A stretch of DNA of 64,000 nucleotides from Candidatus Bathyarchaeia archaeon (GTDB lineage Archaea > Thermoproteota > Bathyarchaeia > Bathyarchaeales > Bathycorpusculaceae): contig JAVZNE010000001.1 in the NCBI GenBank assembly GCA_038882975.1, positions 64,001 to 128,000 on the forward strand, given 5' to 3'. Numbering within the stretch: position 1 is the first letter of the stretch; every line of letters starts with the position of its first letter. Under the pieces are notes generated by a model. That model saw nothing but the letters and a program-made list of their open reading frames with translations, did not search any database and was not told where the DNA came from. The position numbers and the translations under genes were made by a program. Shown piece after piece: positions 9,802-18,845 of the stretch.

Positions 9802-11322
9802 CTAGGTTTTTGCTTTGATTATTTTCCTGTAGTCCTTTGCGCTTTTTCGCATTATTCGCTTTTTGGTTTGGAGGTCAACTGCGAATAGGCCGAACTTCAT
9901 TTTGAAGCCTTTAGCCCACTCATAATTGTCAGTTAAAGCCCAGTGGAAATAGCCTCTAACGTCAATTTTCTCCTCTTTTACGGCTTTTTCCAAAATCGCG
10001 ATGTGGTCTTCGAGGAACTTTGGTCTGAGACTGTCTTCTGCGTCGGCTATCCCATTTTCTGTTATGTAAAGCGGTTTGGCAAACTTTGCCATAGCCTTTA
10101 AGGCTTCAAGAAGCCCTTCTGGAAAGATTTCCCATCCCATGTCTGATGTTGGCTTGCCATCGGCAGATTGGCTTTTTGGCTGACACCCAAAACCATAGTT
10201 TGGCACGATTTCTGGCACTGCTGGGATTCCGGCGAACAACTTAGCCAGCAAGTTTCGTTTACCCTTAATTACAAAACGCGTGTAATAGTTTACGCCAAGC
10301 CAGTCCAAGCGATTAGCCAAATAGCCCTTCACTTCACCTTTCTCTTTTACACCGTTTAGATTCTCATCAAGCCAGCCTTCCGTAACAGCCTGTGGGAAAA
10401 ACTGGTTGTGCAAATTGTCCATAAAACGCGCAGCTTGAACGTCGAGCTTTTCGCTTAGGGGATGGGCTGGAATCACGTTGTGTATAAGCCCAACATAAGC
10501 TTGGCTTGGGCTGTCACTGTCAGCCTTTACATTGTCCCACTTTTTTATGGCATCGTAAGCGTGGACATGTGCCAAAACCATGTTTTTGGCAGCCCTTCTG
10601 GCAGCCATAAAATTGTTCACGCCTGGCGGGAAGCCGGACTGCGCCATCATGTAGCCTGCCTCGCAGACAGCCATCGGCTCGTTTAGGGTTGCCCAGTTGT
10701 CAACAATGTCGCCAAAACTCCAAGCTATGAAAGCCGCATATTTTGTAAACTCGATTATGGCGGTTTCTTCAAGCCAGCCTTTTGGTCCTCGTCTAAGCCT
10801 TGTCGCCCGCGCAGTCAAAGGGTCGTGAATCCAGATGGGAAGTGTGAAATGGTTTAGGCAGACGAAAACCTTGAAGCCTTTCGCCTTCAAATCTTCTATG
10901 ATGAGCCTATAATGGTTTAAAGCCTCCTTATCCGCCATTCTTTCCAACTCTTCAATGGCTTTGCTGTCCACCTCTACTTTTGAAATGTTGCCGTCAGAAG
11001 CCCTCTCAACACCAACATGGACTATTGTGGTTGCCTTTGGGAAAATTCTGCTCCATTCCACGCCAATCCTATAGGCGTTTAACCCAAGCTTTTCCGCAAG
11101 TTCATGGTCCCTTGCATACAAGTGCCAATAATCTATGCCGTTTTCTGGCAGGTCGCCACTCACTATGCTCCGCCTAATGTTTTCAGCGTCGTGCACCCAA
11201 ACAAACCAGTCAGTGTTGGCGTCCACACCATTGCCAGAAGGGTCGCCCATCTCAAACTGAAAGCCGCTTTCCGAAACACCCCACAAGAACCTTTCACCTA
11301 GGCTCAAACAGTGCCACTCCAA
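9802..11322 (-). CDS. Glycoside hydrolase family 1 (archaeal beta-glycosidase)
   Basis: FLWGVSESGFQFEMG, EWSRIFP, TLNEP (acid/base), GVNYY, ITENG (nucleophile), DNYEWAKG. Confidence 0.93.
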   Translation of the reverse strand: MEWHCLSLGERFLWGVSESGFQFEMGDPSGNGVDANTDWFVWVHDAENIRRSIVSGDLPENGIDYWHLYARDHELAEKLGLNAYRIGVEWSRIFPKATTIVHVGVERASDGNISKVEVDSKAIEELERMADKEALNHYRLIIEDLKAKGFKVFVCLNHFTLPIWIHDPLTARATRLRRGPKGWLEETAIIEFTKYAAFIAWSFGDIVDNWATLNEPMAVCEAGYMMAQSGFPPGVNNFMAARRAAKNMVLAHVHAYDAIKKWDNVKADSDSPSQAYVGLIHNVIPAHPLSEKLDVQAARFMDNLHNQFFPQAVTEGWLDENLNGVKEKGEVKGYLANRLDWLGVNYYTRFVIKGKRNLLAKLFAGIPAVPEIVPNYGFGCQPKSQSADGKPTSDMGWEIFPEGLLEALKAMAKFAKPLYITENGIADAEDSLRPKFLEDHIAILEKAVKEEKIDVRGYFHWALTDNYEWAKGFKMKFGLFAVDLQTKKRIMRKSAKDYRKIIKAKT

Positions 11323-11340
11323 TAAAGGCCTAAAGGGAGC

Positions 11341-11659
11341 GGCGGTGGGTCACTGAGGTTCGACGCCCAGAATCCACCCACTCCCCCAAACCCTACACTC
11401 GTACCCGCACCCCCTTGAGCGCCGAACGTCCAGGCTTAGGTTGCTCCCTCCCGGGCCTAGCCCGGTTCACCTGGCAAACGCCGGAACGGGCTTCCCTACG
11501 GAAGCCGCCCAGCGACCGCCAGCCCCAAGGGACGGATAGTCAAAGCTTCGGAAGTGGGGTTGTGGATGGCCACGGGCGCCTCAGCCTCAGCTTTCGGCCC
11601 GTCATATAGAGGGTTTACGGTACAGGGGACCCCTAGCCCCCCGCCTAAGACCCACCGCC
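11341..11659 (-). ncRNA. ffs: Archaeal signal recognition particle (7S) RNA
   Basis: About 319-nt GC-rich intergenic segment; complementary termini GGCGGTGGGTC/GACCCACCGCC (helix 1); helix-8 motif AGGCCCGGGAGGGAGCAAC on the minus strand; TATA-like TTTTATAG about 26-33 nt upstream. Confidence 0.93.
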
Positions 11660-11682
11660 AAAACATTCTGAAGCGTATTCAA

Positions 11683-11696
11683 AACTATAAAACTTT
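11683..11696 (-). promoter_or_regulatory. TATA box for SRP RNA
   Basis: AAGTTTTATAG on the minus strand at the expected distance upstream of the RNA 5' end. Confidence 0.55.
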
Positions 11697-12015
11697 ACCC
11701 TAAACTTTTGTCAAGCCAGCCCAAATAGTCTTTTAGGCCTTCCATTATTGACAGTGCTATTATTTCTGGTATTTGGTAGCTGTGGAGGGCTTTCACCCTC
11801 TCGGAAAGCTTGTCGAATAGGTCTTTTCTGGTTTTCATTAGAATTAGGTGCTCTTGGGCCGTGTCTATTTTGCCTTGCCACCAGAAAAGCGAGTGCACTG
11901 GGCCTATTATGTTAGCACATGCTATTAGCCGCTCCTCAAGCAGCGTTTTGGCGATTTTTTCGGCTTCATCTTTGCTGGATGCTGTTACGAGTACAATTAT
12001 GTAGGCGTTTTTCAT
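11695..12015 (-). CDS. cutA: Divalent-cation tolerance protein CutA
   Basis: EAEKIAKTLLEERLIACANI, SLFWWQGKI, HSYQIPEII. Confidence 0.93.
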   Translation of the reverse strand: MKNAYIIVLVTASSKDEAEKIAKTLLEERLIACANIIGPVHSLFWWQGKIDTAQEHLILMKTRKDLFDKLSERVKALHSYQIPEIIALSIMEGLKDYLGWLDKSLG

Positions 12016-12025
12016 GGTTTTCGCC

Positions 12026-12841
12026 TTAAACTGTTCTAAGCTCTTCTATGCTTACTCCTTTCATTTTCCTTAGCAAGAAAATGTCAAGCACTGTTAGAAT
12101 TATTGACCATGTTATGAGGGATGCAAGCGCCATGTTCACGTCAACAAAAACGCGCCCATCCTGCATATCTATAAAAAATTTGCCAGTTGGGGGAGCTTTT
12201 CCGGAAAAGTAGTAGTAGCATGTTGAAACGATGCAGTTGAACGGAGATATGTAGGCTATGTTTCCAAAATCTATCCAAAGGGCTGCGTAGGCTATGAAGG
12301 AAAAAATTAATGGCAAGAAGAAAATGAATTGGGCTGATTTTGGCGATCTTAGGACAATCACCACTGAGTGCAGGAAAAAGGCTTCCGTGTAGATGAAAAC
12401 TGTGCCAAGAAATATGCTGGAAAGGAGCCCGGCGAGGTTTGCCGGCAAAAGGGTAAGTCCAAACTTTATATGAAACACGCCCACTATTGATAGAAACATT
12501 ATCGCGGAAATGGCTAACAAGACGATGAGTGCTGATGCGAAATTCTCGATTAAGAAGCGTGTGGGAGAAAGCCTAGTGTATTTGGTAACGTAACGGATAG
12601 ATTTTGACCCGTACAAGAGCGTTGACGATATACCTATCGAGGCGCTTGAGAGGGAAAGCATCAGAAGGTTTCCAAAAGCAGCAGCAGTGTAAAGTCTTAC
12701 AGCCTCCTCCATTTGAGGTACATAATTTCCGAAAACGTATGCCCACATAAAAACCCAGAACTCGATGAATAGAATTGACCAGAAAATTAGGTAGGGGTTT
12801 GTTAATAGGGATTTAGTGTTCATCCAAAGATACTTGGTCAA
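12026..12841 (-). CDS. ABC-2-type exporter permease
   Basis: About six hydrophobic segments; overlaps the upstream ABC ATPase by 4 nt. Confidence 0.7.
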   Translation of the reverse strand: MTKYLWMNTKSLLTNPYLIFWSILFIEFWVFMWAYVFGNYVPQMEEAVRLYTAAAFGNLLMLSLSSASIGISSTLLYGSKSIRYVTKYTRLSPTRFLIENFASALIVLLAISAIMFLSIVGVFHIKFGLTLLPANLAGLLSSIFLGTVFIYTEAFFLHSVVIVLRSPKSAQFIFFLPLIFSFIAYAALWIDFGNIAYISPFNCIVSTCYYYFSGKAPPTGKFFIDMQDGRVFVDVNMALASLITWSIILTVLDIFLLRKMKGVSIEELRTV

Positions 12842-13653
12842 GTTTTCAGCCCCTCCGCTATTTCGTATATTTTGTCTAGGTTTTCGAGGCTGGTTAGCAG
12901 TTTGCCCTTACCTTTCCCCCTAATTATGCTTATGGTTTTTCCTGAGAGTCTAAGCCTAAGTAGAGCGTCGGGCTCTTCAGCCATGGATATTCTGGAATTT
13001 AAAAGGTCCTTAACTGTTAGGGGTCCATGGAGGATTCCTTCAAACATTAGGAAGGCTTCCCAGTCTTGAAGGTTTTTCAGCAGCCATGTTTCGTGGGTGT
13101 TTATGAGAACCACGCCTTCATACTCGTTCAAGTAGTTAACCATTTTTCCCTTTCGTGTTGGGTCAAGCTCCTCGAATGGTTCGTCAAGCAGAACGTGCCT
13201 AGCCTTCATTGCTAGCGCAAGCGCCGTGCAAAATATTTTTGCTTGTCCAGAAGATAGCTCGTTCAGTTTTCTCTTTTTTAAGAAATCGGTGGTGATGCCG
13301 AAATCCTCTATTATTTTGAGAGTGAGTTGCGGGTCTCCTTCTGCTAGGTCTGTGTAAAGCCTTATCAGGTCGAAGGCTTTAACGTCTATAAGTGTGTAGA
13401 TTTCCTGGAAATTCGCTGAAACAACGCCTTTTGTGGCGTAGATTTCTTCAACAGGCTTTCCATCTATTAAGATTTTTCCAGAAGTGATGTTTGTTAAGCC
13501 GCATATCGCCCTAAACAAGGTAGTCTTGCCAGACCCATTAGGGCCTAAAATAAGAGATTTGCTCTTAAAGTTTCCATTAACTCCCTTTAGAACTGGCTCT
13601 TGCCGCCACTTGTAGGTTACATGGAGGTTCTGGCAAACTATCATTTTAGACAA
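12838..13653 (-). CDS. ABC transporter ATP-binding protein
   Basis: GPNGSGKTT, LSSGQ, LLDEPF, H-loop NTHE. Confidence 0.92.
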   Translation of the reverse strand: MSKMIVCQNLHVTYKWRQEPVLKGVNGNFKSKSLILGPNGSGKTTLFRAICGLTNITSGKILIDGKPVEEIYATKGVVSANFQEIYTLIDVKAFDLIRLYTDLAEGDPQLTLKIIEDFGITTDFLKKRKLNELSSGQAKIFCTALALAMKARHVLLDEPFEELDPTRKGKMVNYLNEYEGVVLINTHETWLLKNLQDWEAFLMFEGILHGPLTVKDLLNSRISMAEEPDALLRLRLSGKTISIIRGKGKGKLLTSLENLDKIYEIAEGLKT

Positions 13654-13995
13654 CGCTTCATAATTTATTGAGCAGATATATGATATTTTCGCGATTGGAA
13701 GCGTTTTAACCGCCTATAAGGGCGGTTACACGTTTGGCTAGTGCCTTGGGTTTTAGGGTTTTCTGCACATCTCTTTTAGCGGTTCCCACAGCATGGTTTT
13801 CCTTTCAAGAGAACATAGCTGATTTGTGAAGTAAAAACATATAAGATACGATTAGTTCAATTATAGGTGGCAAAGACTCATGCAGTCTGAAAAACAGTTA
13901 TTGTGTATACACCTTGAATCCACCTGCTTCTGGTGGAGTTCCATTTACCTAGAGTATATCAAGTGGCAGTGTTGGCCGCCATAAGAGGTGATAAA

Positions 13996-14970
13996 ATGAA
14001 AAAGTTTTTTGTAATAGCCTTCTCCTTATTGCTGATGGTGACAGCGGTTGCGTTAATATATACCAATTTCAGTACACTTCCAAGGATAAAGGAGTTTAAG
14101 GTTCGGCTGGCATCTTTAGACCGTGGAACCGATGGAGACGTATATGTAACGGCAATTCTAAACTGTAATCTTCCCAAAATTCCAAATACATTGCCTATCC
14201 TAAAAATTGTTAGTCACAACTACACAGACACTGAAGCAAAAGCAATAGCTATGCAAGTTTTCGACATGAATGGGGAACTTAAAGTTACTCGTTTCAGCTG
14301 GGCCGTGTATGGGCCAGTCGTGGTAACTAATGGTTTCCAAGAGCTAGAGTTGTATGGTGATGGTGCTCTATGCTACAAGCCTAACTCACAAGAAAAGGGA
14401 TATGACATTGAACTCCCAGAGCTTTCGCAGGCCAAGGAAATAGCCGACGAGTTTGTTGCCATATTCGCTGAGAGAGCCAAAAGCCATGGTCTCATGCCAA
14501 GTTTTCCATCGATAAACTTCTATAAAGTCGACTATGTATGTTGGTACGGCGTACCACCAAAATCTACTATACCAATAGAAATAGGAGTAGAATATAAAAC
14601 TCTGTACAACGGCGTGCCGCTTATTTTCAAGGGCAGCATAGGCGTAATAATCGGAGATAAAGGCAAAATTCTGGAATTCAGATGTTTCTGGAGGAATGTG
14701 GAGTTTGCTGAGGCCGTGCCTATAACAGTTTCGCCAGAGCAAGCCATTCTAAACATGGGAAATGATAGCTTAACGGGAGGAGACACGCGCAAAATACAGA
14801 AAATCACGATTAACAGCGTCGAACTTGGATACTTCACCCCATCGCCTCTACTCAACGTAAACGAGTTATTGCCAGCCTACGAAATCGAGTTTGTAGCAAC
14901 CTTCGAAGATGACTCCCAAAATACATATGTGACTTACGTATCAGCAACCGATACTTCCATCCCATATTAG
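13996..14970 (+). CDS. Membrane-anchored/secreted hypothetical protein (YcdB/YycI-like peptidase-propeptide-type repeats, tentative)
   Basis: Start moved to ATG 13996 (SD GAGGTGA); N-terminal TM; AKEIADEF, YNGVPL, VSPEQAI, VELGY..LLPAY patterns. Confidence 0.55.
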   Translation: MKKFFVIAFSLLLMVTAVALIYTNFSTLPRIKEFKVRLASLDRGTDGDVYVTAILNCNLPKIPNTLPILKIVSHNYTDTEAKAIAMQVFDMNGELKVTRFSWAVYGPVVVTNGFQELELYGDGALCYKPNSQEKGYDIELPELSQAKEIADEFVAIFAERAKSHGLMPSFPSINFYKVDYVCWYGVPPKSTIPIEIGVEYKTLYNGVPLIFKGSIGVIIGDKGKILEFRCFWRNVEFAEAVPITVSPEQAILNMGNDSLTGGDTRKIQKITINSVELGYFTPSPLLNVNELLPAYEIEFVATFEDDSQNTYVTYVSATDTSIPY

Positions 14971-15089
14971 GGTACACGTTTTCACTTGTATACCCATCTG
15001 TTTCTTAAATTTCTTGGTATGTAACATCAACAACCACGGTGGACTACGCCAGACCTGCACTTGCTCGAATTGGTTAGAACTTTGGTAAC

Positions 15090-16118
15090 TTAGCCAAAGA
15101 ACACGCTGGCAAGCTCGTAAAGTTCAATGTCAACGGTTTTTCTCTTGCCAACAACTTCTTTAAGCGGCACTGGCACGATCTGGTTGCCTTTAAGCGCCGC
15201 CATGTAGCCAAACCTTCCCTCGTGCACATAGTCTATGGCTGCTACGCCGAATCTTGTGGCTAGTATGCGATCGAAGGCTGTTGGCGAACCGCCCCGCTGC
15301 AAATGGCCCAAAACAACCACTCTGGTTTCTATGCCGATCCGCTGTTCGATTTCCTTAGCCAAGTAATAGCCTATTCCGCCAAGGCTTATGTGACCGAACT
15401 CGTCTATGCGTTCGCTGTAAACTATTTCTTTTCCGCCTTTTGGTTTGGCACCCTCCGCCACCACAATAAGGCTGAAGTTTCTGCCCCGCCGCTGCCTGCT
15501 CTTAATGTATTCGCATACTTCGTCTATGTCGAAGGGCTTTTCTGGTATTAAAATGGCGTCTGCTCCTCCGGCGAGTCCAGCGTGTAGGGCTATGTGTCCC
15601 GTGTAGCGTCCCATGACTTCTAGGATTATGACGCGGTTGTGGGCTTCCGCAGTGCTGTGGAGCTTGTCTAAGGCTTCTGTTGCTATGGCTACCGCGGTAT
15701 TAAAGCCGAAGGTGTAGTCTGTTCCTACTAAGTCATTGTCTATTGTTTTTGGGACGCCAACGCATCTAAGCCCATAATCAGCCATCTTGTGGGCTACGCT
15801 TAGGGTGTCGTCTCCACCTATGGCTATAACCGCATCCAGACCAGCCCTCTTAGCGTTTTCGATTATTTGTTCTGGTCCCCCTTCACGTTTGAAGGGGTTT
15901 GTCCTTGAAGTGCCAAGGATTGAGCCTCCCCTTGGAAGGATGCCAGCAACAGCCTCAAAGTCCAATGGAACTAGTTTGCCTTCCAGCAGCCCACGCCAGC
16001 CTTCCTTTATGCCTATTATCTCATCTCCGTAGGTTTGTATTCCCCGTCGAACGACAGCCCTTATAACGGCGTTTATTCCCGGAGCGTCTCCCCCACCGCT
16101 TAAAACGCCTATCCGCAT
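15090..16118 (-). CDS. pfkA: PfkA-family 6-phosphofructokinase, predicted PPi-dependent
   Basis: GVLSGGGDAPGINA, GGSILGTSR, GGDDT, PKTIDND, EVMGR, LGHLQRGG. Confidence 0.92.
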   Translation of the reverse strand: MRIGVLSGGGDAPGINAVIRAVVRRGIQTYGDEIIGIKEGWRGLLEGKLVPLDFEAVAGILPRGGSILGTSRTNPFKREGGPEQIIENAKRAGLDAVIAIGGDDTLSVAHKMADYGLRCVGVPKTIDNDLVGTDYTFGFNTAVAIATEALDKLHSTAEAHNRVIILEVMGRYTGHIALHAGLAGGADAILIPEKPFDIDEVCEYIKSRQRRGRNFSLIVVAEGAKPKGGKEIVYSERIDEFGHISLGGIGYYLAKEIEQRIGIETRVVVLGHLQRGGSPTAFDRILATRFGVAAIDYVHEGRFGYMAALKGNQIVPVPLKEVVGKRKTVDIELYELASVFFG

Positions 16119-16139
16119 CTTGCCCTTCCTCCAATTACC

Positions 16140-17057
16140 TTACGCTTTTCCAGAACTCCCAAAGAGGCGCATCTTCGCCTTAACAACCTCTTTCATGGCT
16201 TCTTTCGCCGGTCCCAAAATTTTTCTGGGGTCGAACTCTTTCGGCGAGGTCGCCAAGATTTCACGGACTGTTGCTGTAAAAGCCAGTCTTAAGTCTGTGT
16301 CTATGTTTATTTTTGTTATTCCAAGCGAAATTGCATTTTTGATGTGTTCTTCCGGTATGCCCTTTGCTCCGGTGAGTTCTGCACCATATTTTGTGGCTTT
16401 CTCAATTATCCATTGTGGGACACTTGAGGCGCCATGCAGCACCAGCGGCACTTCCACCTTTTCGCGTATCTGCCTTAATCTTTCGAAGTCTAGTTGGGGT
16501 TCGCCCTTAAACTTGTAGGCGCCATGCGAAGTGCCTATGGAAACAGCTAATGCATCCACATTTGTGCGTTTTACGAATTCTTCGGCTTCCCTCGGGTCTG
16601 TTAGGACAGCTTCCCTTTCCTCAACTGTTTTCTCTTCCACGCCAGCGAGCCTTCCAAGTTCCCCTTCAACTGAAACGCTCTTTTGATGGGCTATGTCCAC
16701 AACACGCTTTGTCAAGGCGATGTTTTCTTCAAAGGGCATGCGGGAGCCGTCAATCATTACGGATGTGAAGCCCGCTTCCAAGCATTTTTTAACAGTTTCT
16801 ACATCTTCTCCGTGGTCAAGATGCAGTGACATGGGCACCGGCAAGATTTCAGCGGCGGTTTTGACAAGCCTTGCTAAATAGTTTAGTCCGCCATATTTTA
16901 TGGCGCCTGGGGTTACAGCCACAATTACTGGCGACTTTTCTTCTACAGCGGCTTCCACAACCGCCAGTAGGCTCTCAAGGTTCTGGATGTTGAAGGCTCC
17001 GACCGCATAGGTTTCCCTTTGGGCCCTTCTTAATAACTCTTTGTTTGTTATAAGCAT
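16140..17057 (-). CDS. fba: Class II fructose-1,6-bisphosphate aldolase
   Basis: YAVGAFN, LHLDHG, SVMIDGS, VEGELG, GTSHGAYK, LVLHGASS, KINIDTD. Confidence 0.95.
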   Translation of the reverse strand: MLITNKELLRRAQRETYAVGAFNIQNLESLLAVVEAAVEEKSPVIVAVTPGAIKYGGLNYLARLVKTAAEILPVPMSLHLDHGEDVETVKKCLEAGFTSVMIDGSRMPFEENIALTKRVVDIAHQKSVSVEGELGRLAGVEEKTVEEREAVLTDPREAEEFVKRTNVDALAVSIGTSHGAYKFKGEPQLDFERLRQIREKVEVPLVLHGASSVPQWIIEKATKYGAELTGAKGIPEEHIKNAISLGITKINIDTDLRLAFTATVREILATSPKEFDPRKILGPAKEAMKEVVKAKMRLFGSSGKA

Positions 17058-17232
17058 TTGATTTCACTGCCAGTGATATTTTGTATCCGTAGAATATAAA
17101 GCATTTACAGATTTTTAGGCTGGATTTGGCGTATTTAGCCGAAATCAATATTCAAAACATTGTTCCATCTTCGAAGCAGACGGTGGGAAAAGTTTATTCT
17201 ACCACAAACGCATTTTAAGGCTTGAAACCCCA

Positions 17233-18081
17233 TTGAAGCTTGGTGATAAGTTGGGCGAAGGCGGCTTTAAGGCTGGCTTAATTCATCTAGCTCCCGTGTT
17301 GGTAAGTGTATCCGTTGGAATTTTGTGCGCCTATGTCCTATTTACTTCTCCTATTGAACTTTACAGTGTCACCCCGTTTTCAGAAGATCCAGCTGGCTCC
17401 ATTGGAAACGCCGTATACTTCGTTGTTTTGGTCGGAGCTGGTGCCACAATTTTGTTTGTCCTCTTTAAGAGGAAAAGGAATAGGCTTATTGCCATTGTTG
17501 TTGGTTTCTCTTTAACCACAGCTGCTTTTCTTCTATCATTTGTTTACTTTTCAGCCGCCTTTGGGCTTCTTGGTTTCTCGTTCATTGAAATTCTCGTTCC
17601 CACATCAGCCCTTCTAACAGTGACTGTTTACTATGTCGTTTTTAAGACTCGCAGCAGGGTTAGTGATTTTATTGTGCTTTTGTTAGGTGGTGCCCTTGGA
17701 GCTTTCTTAGGGGCTTGTGTTCCAACTTTAAGCGCTGTTCTTATCTTGTGCTTTTTGGCTGTTTATGATGCTTTTGCTGTTTATCGTGGACCAGTGGGCA
17801 AGATTGCCCGTGAGGGGTTGGAAAAGTTTAGGGGCTTAAGCTTCACTTTTAGGGATATTCACATGGGGCTTGGCGACTTAACCTTCTATTCCATGCTTGC
17901 CGGACATATGCTCATCTATTTTGGCTTACTGCCTTGTCTGGCTTCTGTGACCGGCATTTTGTTGGGCTGCTTTTTGGCTTTCAAAATGCTCGAGAAGGGT
18001 GGCGTTTTTCCAGGACTGCCCTTCCCAATAGCTTTTGGTCTAGTTTTTGGCTTTCTCGCTTTTTATTTTCTTAGTGGATGA
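17233..18081 (+). CDS. Presenilin/SPP-family intramembrane aspartyl protease (A22)
   Basis: Multi-TM; YD in FLAVYDAFAV, GLGD, PGLP (PALP-like). Confidence 0.88.
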   Translation: MKLGDKLGEGGFKAGLIHLAPVLVSVSVGILCAYVLFTSPIELYSVTPFSEDPAGSIGNAVYFVVLVGAGATILFVLFKRKRNRLIAIVVGFSLTTAAFLLSFVYFSAAFGLLGFSFIEILVPTSALLTVTVYYVVFKTRSRVSDFIVLLLGGALGAFLGACVPTLSAVLILCFLAVYDAFAVYRGPVGKIAREGLEKFRGLSFTFRDIHMGLGDLTFYSMLAGHMLIYFGLLPCLASVTGILLGCFLAFKMLEKGGVFPGLPFPIAFGLVFGFLAFYFLSG

Positions 18082-18091
18082 GGGTTCGAGT

Positions 18092-18268
18092 TTATTGAAC
18101 TAGCACTAGGCGTGTTGTATTCACGTCCACTTCCACTATTTTGCAGTTTTTGAACTCTTTTGTTTGTCCGGAAACATCCTTCAGTATTATTTTTCCACTT
18201 TCAGCTTTCGCGTAGACAACGTCGTTCCAAACTTCCTTTCCATTTAGGATAACCTTAAATTCACACAT
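18092..18268 (-). CDS. cooT: CooT-family small nickel-binding protein (58 aa, below ORF-track cutoff)
   Basis: Manual translation MCEFKVILNGKEVWNDVVYAKAESGKIILKDVSGQTKEFKNCKIVEVDVNTTRLVLVQ*; Cys2 and beta-rich CooT pattern; 3 kb from the CODH/ACS operon. Confidence 0.78.
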   Translation of the reverse strand: MCEFKVILNGKEVWNDVVYAKAESGKIILKDVSGQTKEFKNCKIVEVDVNTTRLVLVQ

Positions 18269-18402
18269 GCTTTTTCGCCTTTACGTGTTGAGGCTAGTTT
18301 TGTTTTGCTATATTTTTTGCGGTTCGATTTACTGATTTTTGATATGGATTTTGGGTTCATAACCCTAATTATGTCTGTAATGTAAAGGCTTAAGGGTGGT
18401 GT

Positions 18403-18726
18403 GTGGGGAATTTGACTTTGTGGCATGAAATCGAAGACCTTCAAAAGAAAAAAGCAGAGCTGGAATTTCAGCTTCATTCGCTGGAAGAGAAGGAGAAAAC
18501 CCTAGAGGAAAGGGCACGACTGCTGGAGGAAAAGCTAGCCATAAAAGAGCTGGAGCAAAGGGTTAGGATTAAAACCGAAAGCATTGAAAAACTTGAGTCC
18601 CGCATAAGTGATCTTGAGCATAGGCTCGGCATATCCACAAACATTATGGCTACTCCAGAGCCAGAAACAGCGAAAGTTCAGCAAAGCGAAAACAGCTTTA
18701 ATCTTAGGAAACTCTTCGGCGAATAG
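18403..18726 (+). CDS. Coiled-coil hypothetical protein
   Basis: Leucine heptads over about 70 aa, low-complexity linker, C-terminal FNLRKLFGE. Confidence 0.6.
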   Translation: MGNLTLWHEIEDLQKKKAELEFQLHSLEEKEKTLEERARLLEEKLAIKELEQRVRIKTESIEKLESRISDLEHRLGISTNIMATPEPETAKVQQSENSFNLRKLFGE

Positions 18727-18845
18727 CAAGCGTTTAAAGGCTTTACTGGAAATGCAGAAAATGATTAAACGAGTTTAGATAACTGACTTTATAGCTCTAG
18801 CTCTTTTGCCCTTATAAGGCGTTTAATGTATGTACCAATTTTTTG

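Noticed and set aside
11415-11609. 64-aa ORF
   Set aside because: Antisense to the SRP RNA; an artefact of GC-rich structured RNA
13727-14981. 9-bp direct repeat TACACGTTT as a target-site duplication
   Set aside because: No transposase, integrase or terminal inverted repeats; a short match is plausible by chance
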